A stretch of DNA of 64,000 nucleotides, taken from Felis catus (Eukaryota). Location: assembly GCF_018350175.1 (NCBI RefSeq), contig NC_058373.1, positions 108,254,001 through 108,318,000 of the forward strand, in the 5' to 3' direction. A model generated the notes under the pieces. It was not told the origin of the DNA. It did no database searches and saw nothing but the letters and a program-made list of their open reading frames with translations. The position numbers were made by a program, and so were the translations under genes. Positions 37,387 through 50,070 of this stretch are shown here, piece by piece. Numbering within the stretch: the first letter of the stretch is position 1; each line of letters starts with the position of its first letter.

Positions 37387-38631
37387 TCAAAATAAATAAA
37401 AAGAATGAGCCAATGTTTTGTTCCGAAGCTGTTTTGAGGACGTTCTGAGTGTTCTTGTAATTTTCCTGGGGATTTGAATGAATGCTGTGTAGTAGGTATT
37501 AATTTTAGATTGCAATATTATCATTGTTTTAGGTCACATTCCTGTATTTCTCTAAATTACATTGAGTTAGTTGCCTAGCTGGAGGGAAAATTCAATCTCA
37601 ATCATTACTAGGGTAACTTTGTCCATTTCCTGGGCTCATGTAAGAATCCCAGGCTAATGCAGTGTCACAAATTTGGTATAGCGCCCAGTCTGCTGTCCAT
37701 AGTCGGCTCCATCATGACACTTGCACAGTCTGATATGCTGTGGCTTAAGACTAGAACAGCATCAAGCCCAAGTCAGATGACACTGTCAGCTGCTTACACC
37801 ACTGGCCACTCTGGTGCATAGTGTCCATTCACTGTAGGCTTTCTGGAGTGGTCCCTCCCACCACTTATGCAGGCACAGAGGGAATGAGGTGTGGGTTTCT
37901 GAGAGTACAATCCCCTACACTCAGTCTTTTCTTGGTCTTCAAGAATATCCATTTCTATTCCTTTTTCACATTGGCTTTCTTCTACAAACCACTGTCTAAA
38001 TGGAAACTTTCACGGATACCTTGCAACTTCCATTTAAGACCCTGCCGTACTCAAGACCATTAAAAATCTCCATGAGATTTGGCCAAGGAGTCCAGAACTC
38101 CACACATACAGTTGTTTACCTTCGTGGGAGGGAGAAGGAAAAATGCTGATAGTGTTAGCAGCAGGAAGAAAGTACAGATTGACATCTCAATAAATCCTAC
38201 TGCTCCATTGTGTTTAGTGTAGGCAACAGGTGTAAGGCCTCTGCAGGGCAAAAGCATCTCTCTTTACTTGGGTCAGCCCTAACCATTGAAAGGTGTTTGT
38301 TTATTGAGCTTTGCCCACAGGCTGAGCACTATATTTGGTTCTTGCAAGGGAGACCTCACAGTCACAAGTACATGATGCAAATGGGCACTACGTGCTAGGA
38401 GGGCGTGCATCCTGAGTTGTGCAGAAGTGCTGAAGGAAATGATAGCTCCGCTGATGGAGCAGCAAAAGTTGTCAAAATGTCAAAAATGTCACAGGAGATG
38501 ACATCTGAATGGGGTCTGGAAACACCACAGGAAGTGTCTGCATGGTGGGAAAGAAGTGAGGCACCTTGGCACCCAGAGGCAGTGGTACTGGCTAGAGCAC
38601 AGGTGGTACCGACTGGAGCACTGGAAGTGCT

Positions 38632-38781
38632 GAGTTGATCGCAGGAGTGCTCATGCTCACGTGAGTTGTCTGGTGTGTTGGGGGAAGGGGGGAGTTGATC
38701 ACAGGGAGTGTGCACTTATGAGTTATGGGGGTGGGGGTGGATCGTGGGGAGTGCACACATCTGAGTTATCTGGAGGTGGGG
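38632..38781. repeat. Degenerate G-rich minisatellite, 3 units of ~45-60 bp
   Basis: Recurrent gatc...ggagtg...tgagtt(a/g)t...gggg pattern. Confidence 0.65.
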
Positions 38782-41699
38782 GCACAGTGAGAACAAGTGA
38801 GCTGGATTGGAGCCTCATCCCAGAGGACTTCATTTGCAGTACTAAGAAAATTTTAATTTATCTTTTGGGCCAGCAAGTCACAGTACATTTGCTGTTGCAT
38901 TTGGTTCCTATGGGTTTACTTAGGGAAATGTGCCAGTCCCTCAGGGCTAACTGTGCTTCTGCTTTTTTCTCTCCTGTTCAAGAAACTGTAATTAAGCTGG
39001 GAGGGAGACTTGTGGAACATAGTGGGAGGGGAGAGGACACGGAGGAGGGGAGGGAGAGGGAGAGGTGAGTTATCAGTTGTTGGAGCAGGCCACACAAGAG
39101 GTGTTCAGAGACTGAGCTTAGGCCATGTGATGTGTGGGGAACATATGGATGAAAGAGACAATGTGCAGACAGAATCCATGGCTTATAGGTCTGAGATTTG
39201 ATATATAGGGTGGAGGAGAAATGAAAGATTATACAGCTTTCAAGATTAGACAGATGGTTGGATGAAAATCTCATTGATACAGAAGGTAAGAGAAGAAACA
39301 CATTTGGAGGTCAAGATAATGAGCAAAGGTCTTCAAAACGGCTGTGACAAGGTGGCTGGTTACTTGTGGATTAGTTCTAGCTGAGTGGTTTAAAGGGAGC
39401 TGAAGCAGATGGACTAGAGTAATTAAGGGATAGAGGGAGCTGAGAGGTAGAGCCAGGGAATACAGGCCGTTCTGTCAAGGAATTCATACAAGAAGGTAAG
39501 GAGATGAGAGGGCAGCTTAGTATCTCTTGTTAAACGGGATATGTTCATAGGCTTGAGTATGTTCTTAGGCTTGGGGGAAAAATTCAGTGGAGTGGGAAAG
39601 ACTGAGGATGTGAGAAACAAAGAATAATTAATGGTACAGTCACCCAACTGAGAGGAAGTCATCGGGTTAGGTTAGCCTTGTGGTTCCCTGCAATTTGGAA
39701 CTAGTTTTGGGGACTAAGGGCCAATCTGGCTTGAGAATCTACTGAAATGGGGTAGAAATCCCTTGGGATCTCCCTGGGCTGAATGATAGCATGTGTAGGA
39801 AGTAACAGAAGGTCTCCTAGGCTTATCTGGAGACAACAGTTTGGCCTCCCAGACTCTCGGGATCCTTTTGGAGGGAGCCATCTGTAATTCAAGTTAAAAA
39901 AATCACAGGGCATCACTCAGCAGTCACTGTGCTGGGGACACACTTACAGCTGCATTCTAGGCTTTTGTTTTATGTCACAGAGAATGCTTGGGAGCTCCCC
40001 AGCTAACCTATTTTGGTTATAGGAAAAAGGAATGACTCGATTCTGTGTCATTGCTTTCATATTCAATACCATGTTATTAGGAGTGATGGAGAATTCCCAG
40101 ATTAACAGTTTTTATTAAGTCCTTTGGAAATCTGAGTCTTGTTAATTTGAATTTTAAGTGATTATCTTTAAAACTAAAAAAATTGCTCTAATTTTTTTTT
40201 ATGTCAACCCAGTAACTAGACGGCAAACACTTTGAAGAAAGGGGTTCTTATGTTTATCTTTTTTGTGTCCTCTACATCAGGTTCATTTGACAAAAATCTA
40301 TTGCTTTGGTTTGGATGAGAAATGCCTCTATTTCTTCTGTTTGCTCTTGTATGTATTGGTGATAATTAATTAAACTGAATGTTCTTCTGATTACTCTTAA
40401 GGCCAACATCATGTCTTTTTGACTCTGTGACAGAGTTAAGTGGCAAAACTGGCTGTTATGAAAATGACAGTTGCTTGGAGGGATCATTTGAGAATTCAAG
40501 ACATTTTTTATTTGAAGGAAAGTTAATTAGGATCCTTTTTTTGTTTGTTTGTTTTGAGTCAAGTTGATACTATAAACAGAGTTCTATTGCTGTTGAATTA
40601 CTGATGTTTTAATGTGCAAGAGTTTGACTTTTTACTGTTATTTACTTGTCCCAAACAAACACAGCTTTAAAGCCAGAAGAATGGAAATCATTTTGGGCTC
40701 TTGAATTACCGGGCCCTTTACAGGCTGGATATCTTTGTCTCCACTGCTATATTCAGTCAGGTTTTAGTTTGCAGTGGGAAGCCTACATTTTGCAAATAGA
40801 AAATTCAAACTTAGAGAACAAATGAGCTCCATAGGGGTTTACCTAGAATGTATAAATACTGTGGGTTATTTGTTTCTGCTTGCATAGCTGTGACACATAC
40901 CGTAAATACCTCCCCACTCCCACCTCACTTGTATATAGAAAGGACTTTGGGAATCTTACTTTTCTTTGTCTCCTAGTAGTGATAATTCTAGCACCTTGGT
41001 TCTTACAACTCTTCCTTGGATTTTTCTCTCATCACACTTGCTGTTATAGGAAACAATAAGCAAGGTTATATGAACTATGAGTGCTTTATTGAATAAATAT
41101 TCTTCTGAAAGGACCCAGATAAATTTATTGATTGCTAGCTTTGTGTCCACAAAGCTTGTCTCTCTTTAAAATTCATTAACTACAAATAACAAACAAAGTC
41201 CTTCCAAGTTAAGAGGCAACAGAGGTAGAGGGCACGTTGCACTGCCAGACTCTTTTCAATGCTATCTGAATCCAAGTTAATTTCCTTAGGAGAGTTAAAG
41301 GAACAAGCTTATCTTATGCACCTTGGTGGATTAATTAAACTATAATTTTGTGTAGAACTACAGATGTATATGTATATACAATAGGATAATTATCAACCTA
41401 TTAAAAACTATTATGCCAAATAGTTTACCATAAGAGTAGAGTGGTAATTATTTATTTATTTATCAATCATTATATCCAGGCAAGGCTTTTCTACCTTTTA
41501 ATGTTTTTGGAGCAGAATCCAATAGATCCCATGGAGGAGATCTAGTTGTTTTTTTTTTTTTTCCCTTCAATAAACTTCAGTGGTTTGAGTAAGTCTAAAA
41601 CTGACACAGCTGAAAAAAAGACTGTCACAACTAACATATCAAATTAACACATGAACTTTATGTCTTTCTACTCAAATACTATCCCCCAAATCCTCAAAG

Positions 41700-44320
41700 T
41701 AATGTGAAAAGAAAGAGCCAGGAATGTGTCTGGTATGGTTGAAGAACAGTAAAGAGGCCAGTGTACCTGGAGTAGGGTGAGCAAAGAGGAAGGTGGGAGG
41801 AGGGGAGCCTAGATGATGGAGGGCCAGATGGACAGGTGAGAGCTAGTGGGAAGACTTTGGATTTTACTTTGAGAACCAAAGCTATAAAGGATTTTGATAA
41901 CAGAAGTAATATGATCTAATATACATCTTAACAGTATTGCTCTGAGTTCTTTTTTGAGAATTGATTAAAGATGGATGAAGGGTGACACCCAGTTAGGCAT
42001 AATGTAGCTTGTTTCAGTGGGTAGGAGTGGAAGTGGTGAGAGCTAGCAGATTTTGGAGAAAGACACATACACATGTGTTCCTCATCCTCTCCCTCCCGTC
42101 TCCAATATGATATATTATTATTATGAGAATAGGACTGATAGGAATGACTGATAGACTGAATTTGGGGCATGAGAGAAAGAGAGATAGCAAGAATCCTCTA
42201 AGGCTTTTGATGTGAGCAAATGGAAGGACGGAGCTGTCATGAACTTGGAGGGAAGATTGGAAAAAGTAGGTTTGGGCAGGTGGGGATTGGAGGAGGGCAT
42301 CAGGAGTCTAGTTTTGGAAACATGGAGTCTGAGGTGTCTTTTAAACATCCTCGTTGAGATATTGACTAGGCATTTGGATGTCTGAGTTTGGAGTTCAGGG
42401 GAAAGAGCTGGTCTCAGTTTAAAAATTTGAGAGTCATCAGCATTTAGGTGATATTTAAAGCCATGATACCAGCTCACATCCCCAAACGAGTAAGCAAGCA
42501 TAAGCACAGAAAGAGGTGGGCAAGCACCCAGAGTCAGGGAAGAGGATTAGCAAAAGACTAAGAAGAAGCAATCAGTGATGTAGGAGAGGAAAAACAGGAG
42601 AGTTAATATTGTAGAAGCCAAGTAAACATCTGTTTCAAGGAAGAGAGAATGATCATCCATATCAAATGTGATCGGTTAGATAAGGATTACCTTTGTGGGG
42701 GTTCCTTTAAAAGCAGAACCTGCAGACAAGGTTCTAGGTACAGATATTAATTTGCAAGGTGATGCCGGGATTAGGAGCAACAGAATGGGGGAGGTGAGAC
42801 TGTGGAGGAGAAATGCCAATAAAGGCTGTGTTATTGAGGTGACTGCTGTTCATTATGGTGGTCAGCTTCATGGAGACATCTGAGAAGGGTACAGAGTGCC
42901 ACCAGAAAATCTGTTCAAACAATGGGGAGCTAGGAGATTGATTGGTTGAGGGTTTTCTTGTGTTAACTCCCCTCTACTGTGCTTGGCAGTCTCCCATGGG
43001 AGAAGGCCTTGAGGCAGAAAAGCAGAGAGAAGTGAAGTGGGTGCTTGATAAGGAATGTTGTCAGTGAGAATAGAACTTTCTATCACAGCTGTGGTTGAGA
43101 TCAGAGGTGGGACCAGGGAATGCGAGGTAGACCATCACAAGTGTCTGCTTCAAAGGCTGACTGCTGACTGTCAGATTGTACAAAGTAGGTGACTTTGACC
43201 TTGAGAAAGCTTTTGATGGAGTGGTGGGGTGAGCCTGATTGGAGTGGGTTAAGGAAAGGAGAAGAGGGACTGGACAAATTGTAATAGCATAAGAGGAGAG
43301 TGCATGAAAAGACTGCAGGGAAAGTGGGTTCAGAAAGATTTATTTATTTAAGGTGAGAGAAATCACAGCATTTCTACTGATAGGAGTGATTGGGTAGAGA
43401 GGACACTACATGTGATGAGAGAAATAGGAACTCATGGAACAGTGCCCTTGAGTGGGTGTGACTAGTGCATATATGGAGCATTGGCCTTAGATGGGAATGT
43501 AGACACTTCAACTGTAGTAAAGAGAGAGAAAGAGTACCTAGAAGGTTGGTCCTTTTCTGGTTTTTCGTTCCTTGCCTGTGAAAGAGGAAACAAGATTATC
43601 TACAGAGAGTGAAGAGGGGTGGGGCGTGCTGGCAGTTTGGGGCAAAAGAGTGAGGGTTCTTTGGGCCTGCAGTATGGGAAGGAGCCCATCTGTGAGCTCC
43701 TGCTTACTGACCTTCCAGGAGGTAAGTACAGGAACGGAGAGAAAGCATTTAGAAACTTGGGCAGCAGTTGACATTCCTGAGATATTAGTATTTTACAGAA
43801 GTATTGGTCTGTGTTGGATTGTAAATGAGAACATCTGGCCCCTCCCAACAGACCCTTTGTGAGGCAAGGGCTAGGAGAGTGGGAGGGGATGGACTGGGGA
43901 AATGGAGAAAGGTTGCCTCAGATAGTGAGAATTCCCCTAAGTCTTGTGGCCAGGGGTATAATGTGGGGCTACTTCAGCTCACCCAGTGTTTTCTCCAGCC
44001 TTGCTCAGCTGTGTTGAGACAGGAAGTCAGCAGGGTTTGGAGAGAGCTGACTTTTACCAGGGTGCAGTTTTGCTAAGTGGGTCTCAGTCAATGGGAAGAT
44101 GCAAGTGAGTTTAGGGAATGTGCCCTGTAAGCAGTAGGCACAGCTGTAAGCTGGGGAAGGAAGGAAGCAAATCAGGAGGACTGAAAAGGGAGTGGGATCC
44201 AGGGAATGTGAATCTTTGGAGAATTGAGGTTTATTTAGCATGGGAACTCTAAGAGGAGTGACCTAGAAATATAGGACATGGTGATCAGAGAGCTGGGTTC
44301 TTGGTAATGGGATTCATCAT
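41700..44320 (-). mobile_element. Long L2 remnant including the RT region
   Basis: Minus ORF 42121-42507 reads HGFKYHLNADDSQIF...LSPELQT, the L2 RT YADD segment; typical purine-rich antisense L2 sequence. Confidence 0.88.
42686..43152 (-). mobile_element. ERVL LTR (LTR16-like) inserted in L2
   Basis: gggttcc...aagcagaacctg.agacaagg...gccaataaagg...gttattgag...attggttgaggg motifs. Confidence 0.75.
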
Positions 44321-44923
44321 GATGGAGCTCACAAAGCAAACACAGAATAAACCTGAACATGTGGTTTTGCATGGATACAGTGGACAGTTTTGAAGACACT
44401 AGAAGTCATGTTGTTGTACTATTTCTTTATGGACCCAGAAATGCTCATTATATGTAACGTGAAGTAAAAAGTAGATTACAAAATAATTTACAAAATCAAG
44501 CTAGAAAATTTACAAAGATCATTTAAAAATATTTAAATTTAAGTTAGTTGACATAGCATAGTATTGGTTTCAGGAGTAGAATACATTGATTCATCACTTA
44601 CATATAACACCTAGTGCTCATTCTGACAAGTGCCCTCCTTAATGCCCATCACCCATTTAGCCCATCCCCCTATCCACCTCCCCTCCAGCAACCCTCAGTT
44701 TGTTCTCTGTATTTAAGAGTCCTTATGGATTGCCTCTTCTCTCTTTTTATCTTGGTTTTTCTTCCCTTCCTCTGTTCATCTGTTGTGTTTTCTAAATTCC
44801 ACATATGAGTGAAATCATATTTTCTCTGACTTATTTCACTTAGCATAATACACTCTAGTTCCATCCACATTGTTGCAAATGGCAAAATTTCATTCTTTTT
44901 GATTGCCAAATAATATTCCATTA

Positions 44924-45017
44924 TATATCTATATCTATATCTATATCTATATCTATATCTATATCTATATCTATATCTATATCTATATCATCTATATATC
45001 TATATCTATTTATCTAT
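44924..45017. repeat. (TATATC)n microsatellite within the L1 3' region
   Basis: Read directly. Confidence 0.95.
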
Positions 45018-45522
45018 ACCACATCTTCTTTGTCTATCCATTCTATGTCCATGTCAATGGACATTTGGTTTCTTTCCATAATTTGACTATTGTGGATAGT
45101 GCTGCTATAAACATTGGGGTGCGTGTGCCCCTTTGAATCAGCAGTTTTGTATCCTTTGGATAAATAGTAGTGCAGTTCCTGGGTCATAGGGTAATTCTAC
45201 TTTCAATTTTTTGAGTAACCTCCAGGCTTTTTCCTAGAATGGCTGCACAAGTTTAGATTCCCACCAACAGTACAAAAGGGTTGCCCTTTCTCTGCATCCT
45301 CACCAACATCTGTGGTTTCCTGAGTTGTTAATTTTAGCCATTTTGACTGATGTGAAGTGGTATCTCATTGTGGTTTTGATTTGTATTTCTGTGATGATGA
45401 GTGATGTTGAGAATCTTTTCATGTGTCTGTGAGCCATCTGGATGTCTTCTTTGGAAAAGTGTCTATTCATGTTTTCTACTTATTTCTTCACTGGATTTTT
45501 TGGTTTTTGGGTGTTGAATTTT

Positions 45523-45735
45523 TAAAAAAATTTTTTTTTAAGTCTTTATTTATTTTTGAGAAAGAGACAGCATGTGAGCAGGGGAGGAGCAGAGAGAGAG
45601 GGAGACACAGAATCCGAAGCAGGCTCCGGGCTCCGAGCTGTCAGCACAGAGCCCGACACGGGGCTTGAACCCACAGTGAGATCATGACCTGAGCTGAAGT
45701 TGGATGCTCAACCGACTGAGCCACCCAGTCACCCC
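45523..45735 (-). mobile_element. CanSINE inserted in L1
   Basis: Antisense SINE with degenerate TSD tgg.tgt.gaat.tt. Confidence 0.94.
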
Positions 45736-47518
45736 TGGATGTGGAATCTTCTAAGTTCTTTATAGATTTTGGATGCTAACCCTTTATCTGATATGTCATT
45801 TGCAAATATCTTCTCCCATTCCATCAGTTGCCTTTTAGCTTTGTTGATTGTTTCCTTTGCTGTACAGAAGCTTTTTATCTTGCTCCCATTTTTATCTTGG
45901 TCGCAGTTTTTCATTTATTTTCCTTGCCTCTGGAGACATGTGTAATAAGTTGCTGCAGCTGAGGTCAAGGACGTTGCTGCCTGTTTTCTTCTCTAAGATT
46001 TTGATGGTTTCCTGTCTCACATTTAGGTCTTTCATCCATTTTGAATTTATTTTTGTGAATGATATAAAAAAGCGGTCTAGTTTCATTCTTCTGCATGTTG
46101 CTGTCCAGTTTTCCCAGTGCCATTTGCTGAAGAGACTGACTTTTTTCCATTGGATACTCTTTCCTGCTCTGTCAAAGATTAATTGGCCATACATTTGTGT
46201 GTCCATTTCTGGGTTCTCTATTCTATTCCATTGGTCTATGTGTCTGTTTTTGTGCCAGTACCATACTGTCTTGATGATTACAACTTTGTAATACAACTTG
46301 AAGTCCAGAATTGTGATGCCTCCAGCTTTGGTTTTCTTTTTCAAAATTACTTTGGCTATTTGGGGCCTTTTCTGGTTCCATACAAATTTTAGGATTGTTT
46401 GTTCTAGCTCTGTGAAGAATGTTGGTGTTATTTTGATGGGGTTTGCACTGAATGTGTAGATTGCTTTGGGTAGCATAGACATTTTGACAATATTTGTTCT
46501 TCCAATCCATGAGCATGGAATGTTTTTCCATTTCTTTGTGTCTTCTTCAATTTCTTTCATAAATGTTCTATAGTTTTCAGAGTACAGATCTTTCACCTCT
46601 TTGGTTAGGTTTCTTCCTAGGTATCTTATGGTTTTTGGTGCAGTTGTCAACGGGATCAATTACTTGATATCTCTTTCTGCTGCTTCACTATTGGTATATA
46701 GAAATGCAACCAATTTCCATGTGTTGATTTTATAGCCTGCAACTTTGCTGAATTCACATATCAGTTCTAGAAGTTTTTTGGTGGGGTCTTTTGGGTTTTC
46801 CACATAGAGTATCATATTGTCTGTGTTGACTTCTTCCTTGCCAATTTGGATGCCTTTTATTTAGTTTTGTTGTCTGATTCTGAGGCTAGTATTTCCAACA
46901 TTATGTTAAACAACAGTGGTGAGAGTGGACATCCCTGTCCTGTTTCCGACCTTAGGGGGAAAGCTCTCATTTTCCCCATTGAGGATGATATTAGCTGTGG
47001 GCCTTTAATATGTGGCTTTTATGATGTTAAGGTATGGTCCTTCTATCCCAACTTTCTTGAGGGTTTTTATTAAAAAAGGATGCTATTTTTGTCAAATGCT
47101 TTTTCTGCATCAATTGACAGGATCATATGGTTCTTATCCTTTCTTCTATTAATGTGATGTGTCACGTTGACTGAACCAGGCTTACAGCCCAGGAATTAAT
47201 CCCACTTGATCATGGTGAATAATTCTTTTAATGTACTGTTGATTTCGATTTGCTAGTATCTTCTTGAGAATTTATTGCATCCAGTTTCATCAGAGATATT
47301 GTCCTGTAATTCTCCTTCTTAGTGGAATCTTTGTCTGTTTTGGAATCAAGGTAATGCTGGCTTCATAGAATGAATTTGGATGCTTTCCTTCCATTTCTAT
47401 TTTTTGGAACAGTTTGAGAACAATAGGTCTTAACTGTTCTTTAAATGTCTGATAGAATTCCCCTGGGAAGCCATCTGGTCCAGGACTCTTGTTTGTTGGG
47501 AGTACAAAGGTCATTTTT

Positions 47519-47737
47519 TTAAAATTTTTTAATGTTTTAATTTATGTTTGAGACAGAGAGAGACAGAGCATGAGCAGGGGAGGGGCAGAGAGAGAGAGGG
47601 AGACACAGAATCCGAAGCAGGCTCCAGGCTCTGAGCTGTCAGCACAGAGCCCGATGCAGGGCTCGAACCCACAGGCCGTGAGATCATGACCTGAGCCGAA
47701 GTTGGACGCCCAACCAACTGAGCCACCCAGGCGTCCC
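47519..47737 (-). mobile_element. CanSINE abutting the L1 5' end
   Basis: TSD tacaaaggtcattttt at 47503-47518 and 47738-47753. Confidence 0.96.
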
Positions 47738-48120
47738 TACAAAGGTCATTTTTAATGGTAAAAATATAAACATTTGATGAACATGGTAGAGTCTGGATGG
47801 TTGACTTTCAGGTGCCTTTACTTTCTGTTTGATACTATTTTCATACTTTATTGCTATTTGCTTATATTCTTATAACTTTATTGAAGTATTTACATGTACT
47901 AAAATTCACCAATTTTGAAGTTCATCTTTCTGTAAGTATTGAAAAATGTACAGTTTTCCAACTGTACCTACATTTATAATATAGAACATTTTCCTCATCC
48001 CCGAAATTTTGCTTGTGCCCCTGTGCAGACAATTCACTACCTCCCTTCCAGTCCCCTGACAACTAGTCATGTAGCTTCTATCACTATGGTTTTACGTTTT
48101 CTAAAATATCATATAGATGT

Positions 48121-48557
48121 TGTTAAAAAACAAAATTCAACTGAGTAAATGTGAAGATCTGATTGGCGTTATTTAACAATTCATGAATAGAGCAGCATCC
48201 TGTCTAACAAGTAGAGCGAGCTCCACTCAGCTAAACAAAAGATTGTTTCTTTGTTTGTTTGTTTGTTTGTTTTTTTCCTGAAAGAAATCTTTTTAAAGGT
48301 AGAGGGCATGAAAGAATGAAGAAAGGAATTTATTATCAAGAAATGCATCAGTTAGGCAAGGTTACCCTCCTAAGAGGAGTAGAAGGGATATATCCATAAA
48401 TTTCCTAGTATTGACCAGGAAATTCTATGTTGACTGGCTGAAGGTTACATTTCTGTGGACTGAAACTACAGTTGAGTTAGGTATAAAGTTTTGATTTACT
48501 GACTTGGGGCCTTAATCTGGGTGATGCCATTTTGAGCCTGGGGTTTTCATTTTAACA
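48121..48557 (-). mobile_element. ERV1-class solo LTR (MER4-group-like)
   Basis: Inverted termini TGTTAAAA...TTTTAACA, near 4-bp TSD atgt/atga; cleanly interrupts the host L1 motif catatagatg|aaatcatatagtatg. Confidence 0.8.
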
Positions 48558-49145
48558 ATGAAATCATATAGTATGTTGTCTTTTGTGACTGACTTCTTTC
48601 TTAACATAATACTTTAGAGATTCATCATTGTTCTTGAATGTATCAGTGGTTTGTTCTTTTTTAACATGGAGGGATACTCTGTTGTATGGATGTATATTCA
48701 CCAGTTGGTGCACTTGAGGTTATTTTAGGTTTTGGACTATTATGAATAAAACTGTTATGAATGCTCACAGGTAAGTGTTTGGACATGTATTTTTATTTGT
48801 CTTCAGTAAATACCCAGGAGTTGGTTGCTGGGTCATATGGTAGGCATATGTATGTTTGACTCTGTTAGAAATTATCAAAATGTTTTCCCAAGTGGCTGGA
48901 CCATACATTTTGTGTTCTCACCAGCAATATATGAGATCTCCAGTTACTTTATATCCTCTGTAGCAATTGATATTGTCAATTTATTTTAGCCATTCTAGTG
49001 GGTATGAGGAGATGTCTCATGGTGGTTTTTGCATTTTCCTAATGACTAATGATGTTGAACATCTTCTCATGTGCTTATTTGCCATCTATATATATCCTTT
49101 GTTGAAGTGTGTTCTAATCTTTTTTTCATTTAAAATTGTTTTTGT

Positions 49146-49350
49146 GGGGTGCCTGGGTGGCTCAGTTGGTTAAACATCCCACTTCGACTCAGGTCATGAT
49201 CTCACAGTTTGTGGGTTCAAGCCCCATATTGGGCTCTGTGGTGACAGCTCAGAGTCTAGAGCCTGCTTCAGATTCTTCCCTTTCTCTGCCTCTCCCCCAT
49301 GCACACTCTGTCTCTCCCTCTGTCTCAAAAATAAACAAACATTAAAAAAA
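49146..49350 (+). mobile_element. CanSINE
   Basis: Flanking repeat taaaattgttttt. Confidence 0.95.
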
Positions 49351-50070
49351 TAAAATTGTTTTTATCTTTTTATTGTTATGTAAGTTCTCTATGTATTCTG
49401 TTTACAAGTTCCTTGTCAGGTATACGTTTTGCAAATATTTTCTTGTAGTTTGTCACTTGCCTTTTCATCTTCCAAACAGTATATTCTGAAAAGCAAAAGT
49501 TTTTAATTTGAGTAAAATCTAATTTTTCATTTTTTAACTTTATATTTTCTGCTTATTGTTCTCCTTTAAGAGATAGTGCCTAGCCCAAAGTTACAAGTAT
49601 TTTCTCCCATTTTTTTCCTGGAAGTTTTAAAGTTTTAGATATTACACTTATTATCCATTTAATATTTTTGTTTATGTTGTGAGCTAAAGGTTCAGGTTCA
49701 TTGTTTTTTGCATATGGACATCTGATTGTTTTAGTACCACTGTTGAAAAAGATTATCCTTTCCCCATTGAACAGCCTTGGCACTTTGTTGGAAATTAATT
49801 GACCATATATGTGGGTTTATTTCTGGAATCTGTTCTCAGTGATCTTTTTGTCTGTCTTTACATCAGGACCACACTGCCTTGGTTACTGTATATATGTATG
49901 TATGAATGTATGCATGTATATGTGTGTATTGCTGTCAGGTAGTGTAAGTTTTCCCACTTTGTTCTTTTTTTTAAACACTGTTTTAGGTAATTGAGGTCAT
50001 TTGTATTTCCATATAAATTTTAGAATTAGCATGTCAGTTTCTACGAATAAGTCCTCCCTGGATTTTTTCT

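Larger units (their letters stand above)
44525..47502 (-). mobile_element. 5'-truncated carnivore L1 (~3 kb) with decayed ORF2
   Basis: ORF2 peptides [18 protein letters not shown] (47290-47514) and a 255-aa segment (45892-46659, [12 protein letters not shown]...[16 protein letters not shown]); carnivore-type 3' UTR; TSD tacaaag(a/g)tcattt. Confidence 0.96.

Noticed and set aside
45892..46659. 255-aa ORF as a host gene or active retroelement
   Set aside because: It is a fragment of L1 ORF2 in a 5'-truncated, SINE-interrupted copy
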